Virus record (IMG/VR): IMGVR_UViG_3300001605_000024
Coordinates: 1 to 64,000 of that record
Length of the DNA: 64,000 bases
Origin: an uncultured virus (IMG/VR IMGVR_UViG_3300001605_000024)
Lineage: Duplodnaviria > Heunggongvirae > Uroviricota > Caudoviricetes
Strand: one strand, 5' to 3'
The position numbers and the translations under genes were made by a program. The notes under the pieces are model-generated. The model did no database searches, had not been told where the DNA came from, and saw nothing but the letters and a program-made list of their open reading frames with translations. Below are positions 8,803 through 18,939 of the stretch, one piece after another; position 1 is the first letter of the stretch; each line of letters begins with the position of its first letter.

Positions 8803-9492
8803 ATGTCAGAATTTAAAATTAATTTTCTTCCTGAAAAATATGAAGATGTTATTTTCCCCCTTATGCAAACTAATGGTAAATTTGTATTAGGGGGCAGTTT
8901 AGCATTGTATATATTAAATATAATGGAATATGATTTTACAAATCGCACACCTGACTTTGATATTTCTTTGTTAGAATCTTTAACTTTTAATGAATTAGAA
9001 ATCACAAAAGATTTTTTTGGGTTAGAATTTAAAATGAATAATGGAGATTATGATCTAGTAAAGGAAGAAGGAGAATATAAAATGAAATCTACCGAATATT
9101 TTCTAAAAAAAGATTTAATTCAATTATGTAAAACTTCAATGGGTGAAGATGGAGATTTAGGTTATGTTAGAACAGAATATATCATTGATTTCTTTAATTC
9201 TGCTCTTTTACCTCAAAAAGAAATAGTAATGGTAAATTATAAAGGATATGGTTTAAAACTAACTCATCCCTCTATTATCTTATCATATAAATCTAAATAT
9301 GCTTATGATAATCGAGTAGGCAAACAATACAAACACTTTGAAGATTTACAAAAAATAGATTGGAAGAAATATTTTAACATAATTAAAAATTTTATCGCAA
9401 AATATGAAGAAGAAAATGAATTTGGTTTAAGCAGTGGTAAAATTCTTTACTACAAGTATAATCCTATTACCACTGATTTACTTCCTTATTAA
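8803..9492 (+). CDS. Pol-beta-superfamily nucleotidyltransferase-like protein
   Basis: VLGGSLAL...PDFDI (GS plus DxD). Confidence 0.55.
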   Translation: MSEFKINFLPEKYEDVIFPLMQTNGKFVLGGSLALYILNIMEYDFTNRTPDFDISLLESLTFNELEITKDFFGLEFKMNNGDYDLVKEEGEYKMKSTEYFLKKDLIQLCKTSMGEDGDLGYVRTEYIIDFFNSALLPQKEIVMVNYKGYGLKLTHPSIILSYKSKYAYDNRVGKQYKHFEDLQKIDWKKYFNIIKNFIAKYEEENEFGLSSGKILYYKYNPITTDLLPY

Positions 9493-9531
9493 TTCATATT
9501 AAATACTCATATTTATCATAAAATAAATATA

Positions 9532-10014
9532 ATGGCTACAATCGTATTATTAAGCTGTTCAAAATCTAAATTAGATCATAAAGCCCCAGCTCAAGAGTTA
9601 TATTCACCTTCACCTACATTTCAAAAAACCTTAGCATATGGTAAATCTTTAAAACCGGATGCTATGTATATTTTATCTGCTAAACATTATCTAGTTCCTC
9701 TAGATAAAGAATTAGCACCCTATGATCAGACATTAAAAGAAATGCCTAAAGATCAAAAAGAAGCATGGGGTGAGGAAGTAATAAAGCAAATGAAAGCTAA
9801 AAATATAGATCCCGCTAAAACTAAATTTATATCTTTAATGGGAGTGGAATATATGAAACCCTTACTCAAATATATTCCTGAATCTAACATTGAAACTCCT
9901 TTAGAAGGAAAACGTATGGGAGAAAGAATGCAATGGCTTAATTCCCAAATTAGTAAACTAAATGAAATCTTTAAAAAACTTAAATCCTTGATATATGAAA
10001 GTATCCAAAGATAA
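9532..10014 (+). CDS. DUF6884-like protein
   Basis: IVLLSCSKSK...A.ELY...YILSAKH.LV...PYD.TL pattern. Confidence 0.65.
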   Translation: MATIVLLSCSKSKLDHKAPAQELYSPSPTFQKTLAYGKSLKPDAMYILSAKHYLVPLDKELAPYDQTLKEMPKDQKEAWGEEVIKQMKAKNIDPAKTKFISLMGVEYMKPLLKYIPESNIETPLEGKRMGERMQWLNSQISKLNEIFKKLKSLIYESIQR

Positions 10015-10228
10015 ATTACAAGAAATGTTAACTTTATATCTAAATGATATAGAAGATTACGGAACTCAAGAAGAATTTATATTAGCTGAATCTGTGTTAT
10101 TACCTTATAAACAGCTTCTTACCGAAAATAAAAAATCTAACAAACATCTAATCCAGGAAATGATTAACAATTCAAAACATCCTAATGTAATATCTGATTT
10201 TTTAATTTATATAAAAGAATCACAATAA
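9995..10228 (+). CDS. Hypothetical protein
   Basis: 77-aa ORF overlapping the upstream gene and followed by a terminator. Confidence 0.55.
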   Translation: MKVSKDKLQEMLTLYLNDIEDYGTQEEFILAESVLLPYKQLLTENKKSNKHLIQEMINNSKHPNVISDFLIYIKESQ

Positions 10229-10248
10229 ATTTTTTAAACTTAACGTAG

Positions 10249-10295
10249 AAAGGACTCAATTTGTTTGGATTGAGTCTTTTTTTTTCATATATTTA
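10249..10295 (+). terminator. Intrinsic terminator with an embedded -33/-7 promoter
   Basis: AAAGGACTCAAT / ATTGAGTCTTTT plus T-run; TTTG 10264-N20-TATATTTA 10288. Confidence 0.8.
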
Positions 10296-10316
10296 GTATA
10301 AATAAAAATAGGGATT

Positions 10317-10583
10317 ATGAAAAATACTGAAAAAAAACCCATAGTAGTTAAAAAACTTAAAACAGCTGATGGTACAATTGCTTATACTAAAGATGGAAAA
10401 TTGCATAACTGGGAAGGTCCAGCTTTAATACCTGAAGGAGATAAGAAACGAGCGGAATATTATATTCATGGGATTAAATATACTAAAGATGAATTTGAAC
10501 AAGCTCTAAAAGATCAAGAAGGCTTACCTTGGTATAAAAATCAATCTATGAAATCTAAATTAGAAGAGGGTTACCGAAATTAA
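10317..10583 (+). CDS. Hypothetical protein (LHNWEGPA...YYIHG motif)
   Basis: 88-aa ORF downstream of a promoter-like element. Confidence 0.6.
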   Translation: MKNTEKKPIVVKKLKTADGTIAYTKDGKLHNWEGPALIPEGDKKRAEYYIHGIKYTKDEFEQALKDQEGLPWYKNQSMKSKLEEGYRN

Positions 10584-10584
10584 T

Positions 10585-11007
10585 ATGAAAAAATTAGTTA
10601 TAGTAAGTGGTTATTTTAATCCTCTTCATCGTGGTCATCTTGAATTATTTCATAGGGCTAAAGATTTAGGTCATGAATTAATGGTGATAGTTAATTCTGA
10701 TTTACAGCGAGAATTAAAAGAATCAAAAGTATTCCAAGATGAGTTGGAGAGGCTAATGATAATTCGTAATTTAAGAGTTGTAGATAAAAGTGTAATATCT
10801 ATTGATAAAGATAAAACCCAATGTGCTACTCTAAAATGTTTATCAGATTGTTACTCCCATGAATATAAATTAATATTTGCTAATGGTGGTGATCAAACAA
10901 ATGATACTATCCCTGAAGCTCAAATATGTCTTGATAATGAAATACAGATGGTTGATGGTTTAGGTACCAAAATACAATCTTCAAGTTGGTTATTAAATAA
11001 AATATAA
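10585..11007 (+). CDS. Cytidylyltransferase-like HIGH nucleotidyltransferase (TagD/RfaE-II-like)
   Basis: VSGYFNPLHRGH, VIVNSD, FANGGD, KIQSSS. Confidence 0.8.
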   Translation: MKKLVIVSGYFNPLHRGHLELFHRAKDLGHELMVIVNSDLQRELKESKVFQDELERLMIIRNLRVVDKSVISIDKDKTQCATLKCLSDCYSHEYKLIFANGGDQTNDTIPEAQICLDNEIQMVDGLGTKIQSSSWLLNKI

Positions 11008-11264
11008 TGAAAAAATTAAGAGAAGAAATTCAATTCAAAAATAGTAGTGGGTTAGATGTTCTCTTTGATAACCAAGTTAAATCTGCTTATAATATAACTG
11101 ATGAAGAATATGATTATATTGCTGAAAATATGAGTGATGAAGAACTTTCTATCTTTTGTGATGGGTGTGGATTAGGTAATATGGGTAAAAATGTATCATT
11201 TTCAATTATTAAAAAAGCACTAGAAATTAAAAACAAATATTTAACATTAATAAACCAGCAATGA
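11007..11264 (+). CDS. Hypothetical protein
   Basis: 85 aa, translationally coupled at both ends. Confidence 0.55.
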   Translation: MKKLREEIQFKNSSGLDVLFDNQVKSAYNITDEEYDYIAENMSDEELSIFCDGCGLGNMGKNVSFSIIKKALEIKNKYLTLINQQ

Positions 11265-11791
11265 AAATAGGACTAACTTCTACAATGTCATGTGGAAAAA
11301 CTACTTTAGTAAATGCTTTGAAATATGTTCCTCAATTTCAAAATTATCATTTTGCTACTGAACGTTCAAAATATCTTAAAGATTTAGGTATTCCTTTAAA
11401 TACTGATTCTACATTAAAAGGTCAAACTATATTTTTAGCTGAACGTTGTGCTGAATTAATTCATGAAAATTTAATTACAGATAGAACTATTATTGATGTT
11501 ATTGCTTTTACTAAAAGTGCTAAATCCATAAATATTTTAGATAAAGATAAATTTGAAGAATATGCTTCTATTTTCTTAAAAGAGTATGATTATATATTTT
11601 ATATTTCTCCTGATGGCTTACCTATAGAGAACAATGGTGTAAGAGAAACTAATGCTAAATATAGAGATCTTATTGATTTTAGTATTAAACATATAATTAA
11701 TTCTCATAGACATCATATTAAAAATTTACACACTATATCAGGTAGTACTGAGGAACGAATTGAGCAAATTCTTAATATTACAAGTCTTTAA
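11261..11791 (+). CDS. P-loop kinase/ATPase (NadR-type AAA_28-like)
   Basis: MKIGLTSTMSCGKTT, ITDRTIID, YDYIFY, ENNGVR. Confidence 0.75.
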   Translation: MKIGLTSTMSCGKTTLVNALKYVPQFQNYHFATERSKYLKDLGIPLNTDSTLKGQTIFLAERCAELIHENLITDRTIIDVIAFTKSAKSINILDKDKFEEYASIFLKEYDYIFYISPDGLPIENNGVRETNAKYRDLIDFSIKHIINSHRHHIKNLHTISGSTEERIEQILNITSL

Positions 11792-11792
11792 T

Positions 11793-11821
11793 ATATTTAT
11801 AATAAACTGTAAATATTTATA
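11793..11821 (+). promoter_or_regulatory. Tandem putative late-promoter motifs ATATTTATA
   Basis: Copies at 11793 and 11813; the same motif precedes most structural genes (see findings). Confidence 0.6.
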
Positions 11822-11826
11822 CAATC

Positions 11827-12498
11827 ATGAAAAAATCTCAACTAAAAGACTACATCAAGGAAAATATTAAGGATATTTTAACTACTGAAGAGTCAAACGC
11901 TAAAGTAGGTAAAACTTATCTCTATACTAAAGGAGATGAAAGTATGGATATTGCTCCTGGAAAATATTTAATTTTGAAAAAATATAATCAAGATGGAGAA
12001 GATGTATATGATCTTAAATCTGAAACTGGAGATATCATATCTGTAACAAGTGATTATGTTCATGGGTCTGGCTACTGGAAAGGATCAGGATTAACTAATG
12101 AAGTAACAGTAGTAGATAAAAATACTAAACCTGAAGAAGTAAAAGATAAAGATCCTTTAACAGTTAAAACCGCAGTTGATTCCGCTAAAAAATCTAACAA
12201 ACCTGTTTCTATAGCTGAGGAAGATGATGAGGATGAGAAAGAGGATGATTGGTATAAATCAAAAGATGAAGATGGAGATAAAGACAAAGAACCATCCAAA
12301 TCTGAATTGAAAAAAGATGCTAAAGCCACAAAAAGTGTAGTTAAAGCTAAAGATGAACTAGCTATCCTTACTAGAGAAATGAAGTCTTTAGCTAAAAAAT
12401 ATAAAGAAGCTGAAGGTGCTGAAAAAGATAAAATTGTAGCTGATTTAAAAGCTAAAACCAAACTTAAAAAAGAACTAGAATCCATTCTAGACCGATAA
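11827..12498 (+). CDS. Lys/Glu-rich putative head-internal protein (MKKSQLKDYIKE leader)
   Basis: Charged, modular, with I/L-x-E sites; preceded by the late motif. Confidence 0.55.
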   Translation: MKKSQLKDYIKENIKDILTTEESNAKVGKTYLYTKGDESMDIAPGKYLILKKYNQDGEDVYDLKSETGDIISVTSDYVHGSGYWKGSGLTNEVTVVDKNTKPEEVKDKDPLTVKTAVDSAKKSNKPVSIAEEDDEDEKEDDWYKSKDEDGDKDKEPSKSELKKDAKATKSVVKAKDELAILTREMKSLAKKYKEAEGAEKDKIVADLKAKTKLKKELESILDR

Positions 12499-12523
12499 TA
12501 TTTTTTAGGGTTATATTTTTAAC

Positions 12524-14092
12524 ATGTCTGATTTAAAACAAATAATAAAGCAAGAATACCTAAAATGTACCCAAGATCCGGTACACTTTATGCGTAAGTA
12601 TACATACATACAGCATCCACAACGTGGTAGAATCCAATTTAATCTTTATCCATTCCAGGAAAAAGTACTTACATTATTTAAAAGGCATGATTACACTATT
12701 TTATTAAAATCCCGCCAATTAGGTATTTCTACTTTAGCTGCGGGTTATTCTTTATGGTTAATGTTATTTCATAAAGATAAAAACGTATTAGCTCTAGCTA
12801 CTACTCAGGCTACTGCCCGTAATTTAGTATCTAAAGTTCAATTTATGTGGGAAAATTTACCATCATGGTTGAAAGTAGAGGCTATAGAAAACAACAAACT
12901 ATCTTTAAGATTAGTTAATGGATCTAAAATACAAGCTAAATCTTCAAACTCCGACTCCGCTCGATCTGAAGCCGTATCTTTACTAATAATTGATGAAGCA
13001 GCCTTTATTGAAAATATAGCTGAGACATGGGCATCTGCCCAACAAACCTTAGCTACAGGTGGTGGTGCTATTGTATTGTCTACTCCTTACGGTACTGGTA
13101 ATTGGTTCCATCAAACCTGGGTGAAAGCTGAACAAAGTGAAAATGATTTTCTCCCTATTAAACTACCATGGAGTGTCCATCCTGAACGTGACCAAACTTG
13201 GCGTGATCGGCAAGATGAATTATTGGGTGATCCAAGATTAGCAGCTCAAGAATGTGATTGCGACTTTTCCACTTCAGGTGATACTGTATTCTATAATGAA
13301 TACTTAGAGTATTATGAGAAAACTTTTATTAAAGATCCTCTAGAAAAAAGAGGAGCAGACCAGAACTTATGGGTATGGGAATCTCCAGATTATACCCGCG
13401 ATTATATGGTAATAGCAGATGTGGCCCGAGGTGATGGTAAAGATTATTCAACTTTCCACATCATGGACATAGAATCAAACGTTCAAGTAGCAGAATATCG
13501 AGGTCAAATTGGTACTAAAGAATTTGGTCATTTGTTAGTAGGTATAGCTACTGAATATAATGAAGCACTTTTAGTAATTGAAAATGCTAATGTGGGTTGG
13601 GCTACAATACAAGTAGCTATAGATAGAAACTATTCTAATTTATATTACTCTCCTAGAACTGAATCTAATGTAGATTCTTATTTTGATAGATACATGGATA
13701 CCTCTAAAATGGTAGCTGGTTTTACTATGTCCGCTAGAACTAGACCTATGGTAATAGCTAAATTTCAAGAATATATTTCTGAAAAAAGTGTGACTATACA
13801 ATCTAGAAGGTTATTAGAAGAAATGAAAGTTTTTATCTGGAAGAATGGTAGGGCAGAAGCTCAACAAGGTTATAATGATGACTTAGTTATGGCTTTTGGA
13901 ATATCAATGTATATTAGAGATACAGCTCTTAAATTTAAACAACGTGGATTAGATTTAACTCGTAGTGTATTAAACAATATATCAGTTAATAGAACTTCTT
14001 ATCAAGGAGTATATCACGCTAACAAAAATGATAATCCATATTATATTGAAAACCCATACGGTGATAAAGAAGATATAAGTTGGTTACTATAA
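12524..14092 (+). CDS. terL: Terminase large subunit (T4 gp17-like)
   Basis: LYPFQ, KSRQLGIST (Walker A), LIIDEAAF (Walker B), STPYG, nuclease DVARG...D, DDLVMA. Confidence 0.95.
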   Translation: MSDLKQIIKQEYLKCTQDPVHFMRKYTYIQHPQRGRIQFNLYPFQEKVLTLFKRHDYTILLKSRQLGISTLAAGYSLWLMLFHKDKNVLALATTQATARNLVSKVQFMWENLPSWLKVEAIENNKLSLRLVNGSKIQAKSSNSDSARSEAVSLLIIDEAAFIENIAETWASAQQTLATGGGAIVLSTPYGTGNWFHQTWVKAEQSENDFLPIKLPWSVHPERDQTWRDRQDELLGDPRLAAQECDCDFSTSGDTVFYNEYLEYYEKTFIKDPLEKRGADQNLWVWESPDYTRDYMVIADVARGDGKDYSTFHIMDIESNVQVAEYRGQIGTKEFGHLLVGIATEYNEALLVIENANVGWATIQVAIDRNYSNLYYSPRTESNVDSYFDRYMDTSKMVAGFTMSARTRPMVIAKFQEYISEKSVTIQSRRLLEEMKVFIWKNGRAEAQQGYNDDLVMAFGISMYIRDTALKFKQRGLDLTRSVLNNISVNRTSYQGVYHANKNDNPYYIENPYGDKEDISWLL

Positions 14093-14119
14093 CAATATTT
14101 ATAACAATAAACATATAAT

Positions 14120-16021
14120 ATGGCAAATACCGGCTTATTTAGCAGATTGCAAAGATTATTCTCAACCGATGTAATCATCAGAAATGTTGGAGGGGATCAA
14201 ATAAGTATAATAGATACTAACAAAATCCAAACCAGCGGGGATATACAAACTAATTCCCTTATGGATAGATATAGTAGAATACACTCTACTAACCCCAGTT
14301 CATTATATGGTTCTCAATTTAATTTTAATTACAAATATCTAAGACCTCAACTATATTCTGAATATGATGTTATGGATCAGGATGCTATTATAGCATCTGC
14401 TCTTGATATTATAGCGGATGAATGTACTTTAAAGAACGATATGGGAGAAGTATTATCTATACGTTCTTCTAATGAAAATATACAAAAAATTCTATACAAT
14501 CTATTTTATGATGTGTTAAATATAGAATTTAATTTATGGGCTTGGATTAGACAAATGGCTAAATATGGAGATTTTTTTCTTAAACTAGAAATAGCCGAAA
14601 AGTATGGAGTATATAATGTCATACCTTATACTGCCTTTCATATTGAAAGATTAGAAGGTTTTAATCGAGAGAATCTATCTGAAGTAAAATTTAAATATTC
14701 TCCTGATGGTACCGCAAATACTAACTCTGGTATGTATTCAGTTACAGGGTTAGGAAATGATCAAACTGGGGGAATTATGTTTGACAATTATGAGATGGCT
14801 CATTTTAGATTATTAGGGGATACTAATTATCTTCCTTATGGTCGTTCTTATATTGAACCCGCTCGTAAATTGTTTAAACAATATACTTTAATGGAAGACG
14901 CAATGTTAATCCATAGAATAGCTAGAGCTCCTGAAAAACGTATATTTTATGTAAATGTGGGTTCTATTCCTCCAAATGAAGTAGATGCATTTATGCAAAA
15001 GACTATTTCAAATATGAAACGTACTCCTTATGTTGATAAACAAACTGGAGACTATAATTTGAAATATAACATGCAAAACATGATGGAGGATTTCTATATC
15101 CCTATTCGTGGTAATGATACTACAACTAAAATTGATACTACTAAAGGATTGGATTATGATGGTATTAAAGATGTTGAATATTTAAGAGATAAATTATTTG
15201 CAGCACTTAAAGTACCTAAAGCATTCTTAGGGTATGATGAAAATATAGAAGGTAAAGCAACATTAGCAGCCGAAGATATTAGATTTGCTCGTACTATTGA
15301 ACGTTTACAGCGAATAGTAGTATCAGAACTTAATAAAATTGCACTTGTACATTTATACTCCCAGGGTTATAGAGATGAGGGTTTAACTAATTTTGAGTTA
15401 TCAATGCAAACTCCTTCTATTATCTTTGAACAAGAGAAAATAGAATTAATGAAATCTAAAGCAGAATTAGCATCAACTCTAATAGAACAAAAACTATTAC
15501 CTACAGATTGGATTTATGATAACATATTTCATTTATCTGAAGATCAATATGATGAATATAGAGATCTAATTAAAGAGGATGCTAAACGTAATTTTAGAAT
15601 AGAACAAATAGAAAATGAAGGAAATGATCCAATAGAAACTGGTAAATCTTATGGTACTCCTCACGATTTAGCTTCTCTATATGGTACTGGAAGAACCCAT
15701 TCAAACCCCGCTAATGTTCCTGATGGTTATGATAGTGATAATCCTGTAGGAAGACCTAAAAAATCTATCACTAATATAAATAAACAAGGTGGTAATTTTG
15801 GAAAAGATCGTTTAGGTGTTAAAAGAATGAAAGACACTGATAAAAATGACTCTTCAAACAGTAGAACAGATACTAATAAAAGTGGTATGGCTCTTGAAAA
15901 TGCTCATGTAACTTTCATGAAGAATAAAGATATCTTTAATAAAATACCTACAAAGAAGTTAATATTTGAGGCTGATAGAGATAATACTTCATTACTAGAT
16001 GAAAAACAATTAAAAGAATAA
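14120..16021 (+). CDS. Portal protein (T4 gp20-like)
   Basis: LMEDAMLIHRIARAPEKRIFYVNVG, MMEDFYIP, DVEYLRDKLFAALKVP. Confidence 0.95.
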   Translation: MANTGLFSRLQRLFSTDVIIRNVGGDQISIIDTNKIQTSGDIQTNSLMDRYSRIHSTNPSSLYGSQFNFNYKYLRPQLYSEYDVMDQDAIIASALDIIADECTLKNDMGEVLSIRSSNENIQKILYNLFYDVLNIEFNLWAWIRQMAKYGDFFLKLEIAEKYGVYNVIPYTAFHIERLEGFNRENLSEVKFKYSPDGTANTNSGMYSVTGLGNDQTGGIMFDNYEMAHFRLLGDTNYLPYGRSYIEPARKLFKQYTLMEDAMLIHRIARAPEKRIFYVNVGSIPPNEVDAFMQKTISNMKRTPYVDKQTGDYNLKYNMQNMMEDFYIPIRGNDTTTKIDTTKGLDYDGIKDVEYLRDKLFAALKVPKAFLGYDENIEGKATLAAEDIRFARTIERLQRIVVSELNKIALVHLYSQGYRDEGLTNFELSMQTPSIIFEQEKIELMKSKAELASTLIEQKLLPTDWIYDNIFHLSEDQYDEYRDLIKEDAKRNFRIEQIENEGNDPIETGKSYGTPHDLASLYGTGRTHSNPANVPDGYDSDNPVGRPKKSITNINKQGGNFGKDRLGVKRMKDTDKNDSSNSRTDTNKSGMALENAHVTFMKNKDIFNKIPTKKLIFEADRDNTSLLDEKQLKE

Positions 16022-16058
16022 AATTTCCTTAATATTTATAAACAAATATACTTCTTTG

Positions 16059-16925
16059 ATGAAAATCAAACATAGCAAATTTCGTAATACTGGAATTCTA
16101 TTTGAATTGTTAGTACGTCAAGTAACTGTAGACACTCTAAAAGGAGTAGACTCTCCCGCTATCGATATCATGAAAAAATATTTTGTGAAATCTGAATTAG
16201 GGAAAGAATATAAATTATATGAATCTCTTTTAAAATCTAAAGTTTTAAATGAGGATAGAGCTAATACTATAGTTAGTACTATTTTAGAGTCTTCTAAGAA
16301 TTTGAATAAAAGTTCTTTAAAGCGACAAAAATATAATTTAATTAAAGAAATTAAAGATCATTATGATCTTGATATTTTCTTTGGTATTAAAATTAAAAAC
16401 TATAAAGAACTAGCTTCTATATATACTTTAATTGAAGGATACAATAGTACTTCTTACATCACACCTAGTCAAATGGTAGATTGTAAAATTACATTATTAG
16501 AATTTTTAACTAATCAAAATGTTGATTCTAGTGATAAGAGAGAAGATATATTAAAAGAATTCCAATCTTATGATAAAGATTTAAGAATTCTTACTTATAA
16601 AGTATTACTTGAAAAATTTAATGAGAAATATAATTCTATATCTCCTGAACAAAAACAAATACTTAAAGAATATATAAACTCCGTTGATTCTGCTCCTGAT
16701 TTAAGAAACTTTTATAATTCTAGAATACAAGAATTAAAACATACATTAAAATCAGAATCTAAAACCATCAAAAATCAAGCTACTCAAATTAAAATATCAG
16801 AAATCAGTAAATATTTAACTGAACTAGATAAAAATTCTAAAGTTGATGACTCTCATCTTATAGATTTATTACAATATCATGAGTTAATCCAAGAAATCAG
16901 ATTAGCAAATGGGGTATCGATATAA
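16059..16925 (+). CDS. Conserved head-module hypothetical protein
   Basis: KHSKFRNTGILFELLVRQ; lies between portal and protease; ATATTTATA at 16032. Confidence 0.65.
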   Translation: MKIKHSKFRNTGILFELLVRQVTVDTLKGVDSPAIDIMKKYFVKSELGKEYKLYESLLKSKVLNEDRANTIVSTILESSKNLNKSSLKRQKYNLIKEIKDHYDLDIFFGIKIKNYKELASIYTLIEGYNSTSYITPSQMVDCKITLLEFLTNQNVDSSDKREDILKEFQSYDKDLRILTYKVLLEKFNEKYNSISPEQKQILKEYINSVDSAPDLRNFYNSRIQELKHTLKSESKTIKNQATQIKISEISKYLTELDKNSKVDDSHLIDLLQYHELIQEIRLANGVSI

Positions 16926-17190
16926 ATTAAATTCTCCTAAAATAGAAGAAATATCAACCTCAGGGGGTGCTGGAGGATATTTAAGCAAATATGCTTTTAA
17001 ATTACCTAAAAAACAGAAAAAAATTAAAGAAAATATAGGAGCTACCTTAGGCCCAGGACCAAAAGCTGGACCCGAAGGTGTTAAGGATAATTACTATATT
17101 AAAAAATTTAAATATAAATTAGTTCCCAAAGATAAAAATGGAAACTACGTTCAAAAAAGATCGGGTTTAGAAGTAAAAAATCTATTTTAA
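16909..17190 (+). CDS. Small basic head-module protein
   Basis: MGYRYKL...KIEE leader; position in the head operon. Confidence 0.55.
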   Translation: MGYRYKLNSPKIEEISTSGGAGGYLSKYAFKLPKKQKKIKENIGATLGPGPKAGPEGVKDNYYIKKFKYKLVPKDKNGNYVQKRSGLEVKNLF

Positions 17191-17191
17191 T

Positions 17192-17437
17192 ATGTATAAG
17201 TATAGATTAAAAGAACAAGAAGATGAAAAAGCAAAAAAATTCCATGAGGAACGTATTATAGCTTTTGATTCTCTTGAATCCCAACTTGAAGATCTAAAAA
17301 AATTACTACGTCAAGGTAAAATTGAAACTATAAAATATTATAGAGAAAATCCTGATAGTTACGCGGTAGTAAAAGGAACAGATTTAATTAATGATTATAT
17401 AAAAGATATTAAAATTTTATTAAAAGGAGAAGAATGA
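17192..17437 (+). CDS. Small head-module protein
   Basis: MYKYRLKE leader; coupled to the next gene. Confidence 0.55.
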   Translation: MYKYRLKEQEDEKAKKFHEERIIAFDSLESQLEDLKKLLRQGKIETIKYYRENPDSYAVVKGTDLINDYIKDIKILLKGEE

Positions 17438-18939
17438 AGACTCTACAAGAACAATACAATCTAATTAAAGAAGGAAAAGGCCATAAAGGTATATTTCTTA
17501 CTGAAGCTAAGAAGCAATTCCCCGCTATGCTTACTAATCCTATGGGATTTGATGAAGCAACTAAAATATTAAAAACTAGAGGAGTTATTTCTGAAAACTA
17601 TGTTGACTTAAAACCTATCAACACAATTGAAGCTTCTTCAAAATCTCCTTGGGAAACTAAGTTTGCTAAATTTTTAGCTGAGGAAGTTAAAGTAGAAGAG
17701 AAAAAACCCGCTAAAGAAGTAGAGGAAATACAATCCCATAATTACGATTATAAAGACAAATCAAATCTAGATAACCAAATCGGTCAAGAAGTACTTAATG
17801 GTATTTATTTTGAAGCTAAAGAAAATCCAGATAAATCATTGGACGAAATTCGTAAAATGGTATCTAAAAACTTAGCTAAAGATGGGCAGCATTATATGAA
17901 AAATGCGGCTTTCGGTGTTAAAGGATTAGGATATAAAGAGACAGAAGTACAAGAAGTATCTGGAAAATATAAATCATCTGGTTATTCAGATAAACTAAAG
18001 AAAATGGTTAAAGAATCTTTAGTTAAAGAAGTTAACTCATTTAATGAAGATGAAATTTTCTTCTTATGGGATGATATTGTAGATGATAATAGAGAAGGAA
18101 TTTCACATAGTAATTTCTCTAGTAAGGGAAAAGATGGACATGCTTTTATATTTGATCCTGATTCTCCTAATTTCGATCATTTTATAGAAGTTGCAAAACG
18201 AATGATGAGTGACATGGGTATTAATTACCAATTCATGGGTAAAGAAAATTTACAGATTTATACTTCATCAATGAACGAAAATAGCTTTGAAGATAAAATG
18301 GCTCAACTTAGAGCAATGAAAGATCAAGCTAGAATGGGTCAAGCTCCATCTCCAAAAGTAGATGAGAAAAAACAAAGATTACAGCAAAAACTAAATGCTC
18401 TTAAAAGAGCCTACTTTGATTTAATTTCAGACATGGAAAAAGAATCAGATACAACATTTGCTTTTTCAGGTGATTGGTACCAAGAACAACTAGATGATCT
18501 AGAAAATTCAATTGGTGATATTGAGAAAAAAATTCAATCTATAAACGAAAACATTATTGAGGTTGAAACTGTAGTCACAAATGAGGCCGAAGAAATTGAA
18601 CCAAAACCTGAAAAGAAAAAAATTAAAAAAGAATCTTTAGATGCTGACTTGGCTGAAATTGACACCCAAGCTAACATTGTAGCTATGGAAGCTAAATTAG
18701 ATAAAATCAGCGAAATGATTTCCACTAAAATGGAACGTTTAAATATGATTGAAGAAGATTCTAATCTAGCTGAACTTGTAGATAAAGGTAAAATGAAATC
18801 CATGCAAAGAGAAATTAAAATCTTAGAAAAACGTAAAGCTAAGATGGATAAAATCTATGAAAAAGCAACAGGTAAAGCCTATACTAAAGAAATGGTAGAT
18901 GAGACCATGGAACAAGACTTAGATATGAACGATGAGTAA
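17434..18939 (+). CDS. Putative prohead core protein (coiled-coil, many x-x-E sites)
   Basis: Glu/Lys-rich; LIKE, FLTE, VISE, FLAE, LVKE, SINE; immediately upstream of the protease. Confidence 0.55.
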   Translation: MKTLQEQYNLIKEGKGHKGIFLTEAKKQFPAMLTNPMGFDEATKILKTRGVISENYVDLKPINTIEASSKSPWETKFAKFLAEEVKVEEKKPAKEVEEIQSHNYDYKDKSNLDNQIGQEVLNGIYFEAKENPDKSLDEIRKMVSKNLAKDGQHYMKNAAFGVKGLGYKETEVQEVSGKYKSSGYSDKLKKMVKESLVKEVNSFNEDEIFFLWDDIVDDNREGISHSNFSSKGKDGHAFIFDPDSPNFDHFIEVAKRMMSDMGINYQFMGKENLQIYTSSMNENSFEDKMAQLRAMKDQARMGQAPSPKVDEKKQRLQQKLNALKRAYFDLISDMEKESDTTFAFSGDWYQEQLDDLENSIGDIEKKIQSINENIIEVETVVTNEAEEIEPKPEKKKIKKESLDADLAEIDTQANIVAMEAKLDKISEMISTKMERLNMIEEDSNLAELVDKGKMKSMQREIKILEKRKAKMDKIYEKATGKAYTKEMVDETMEQDLDMNDE

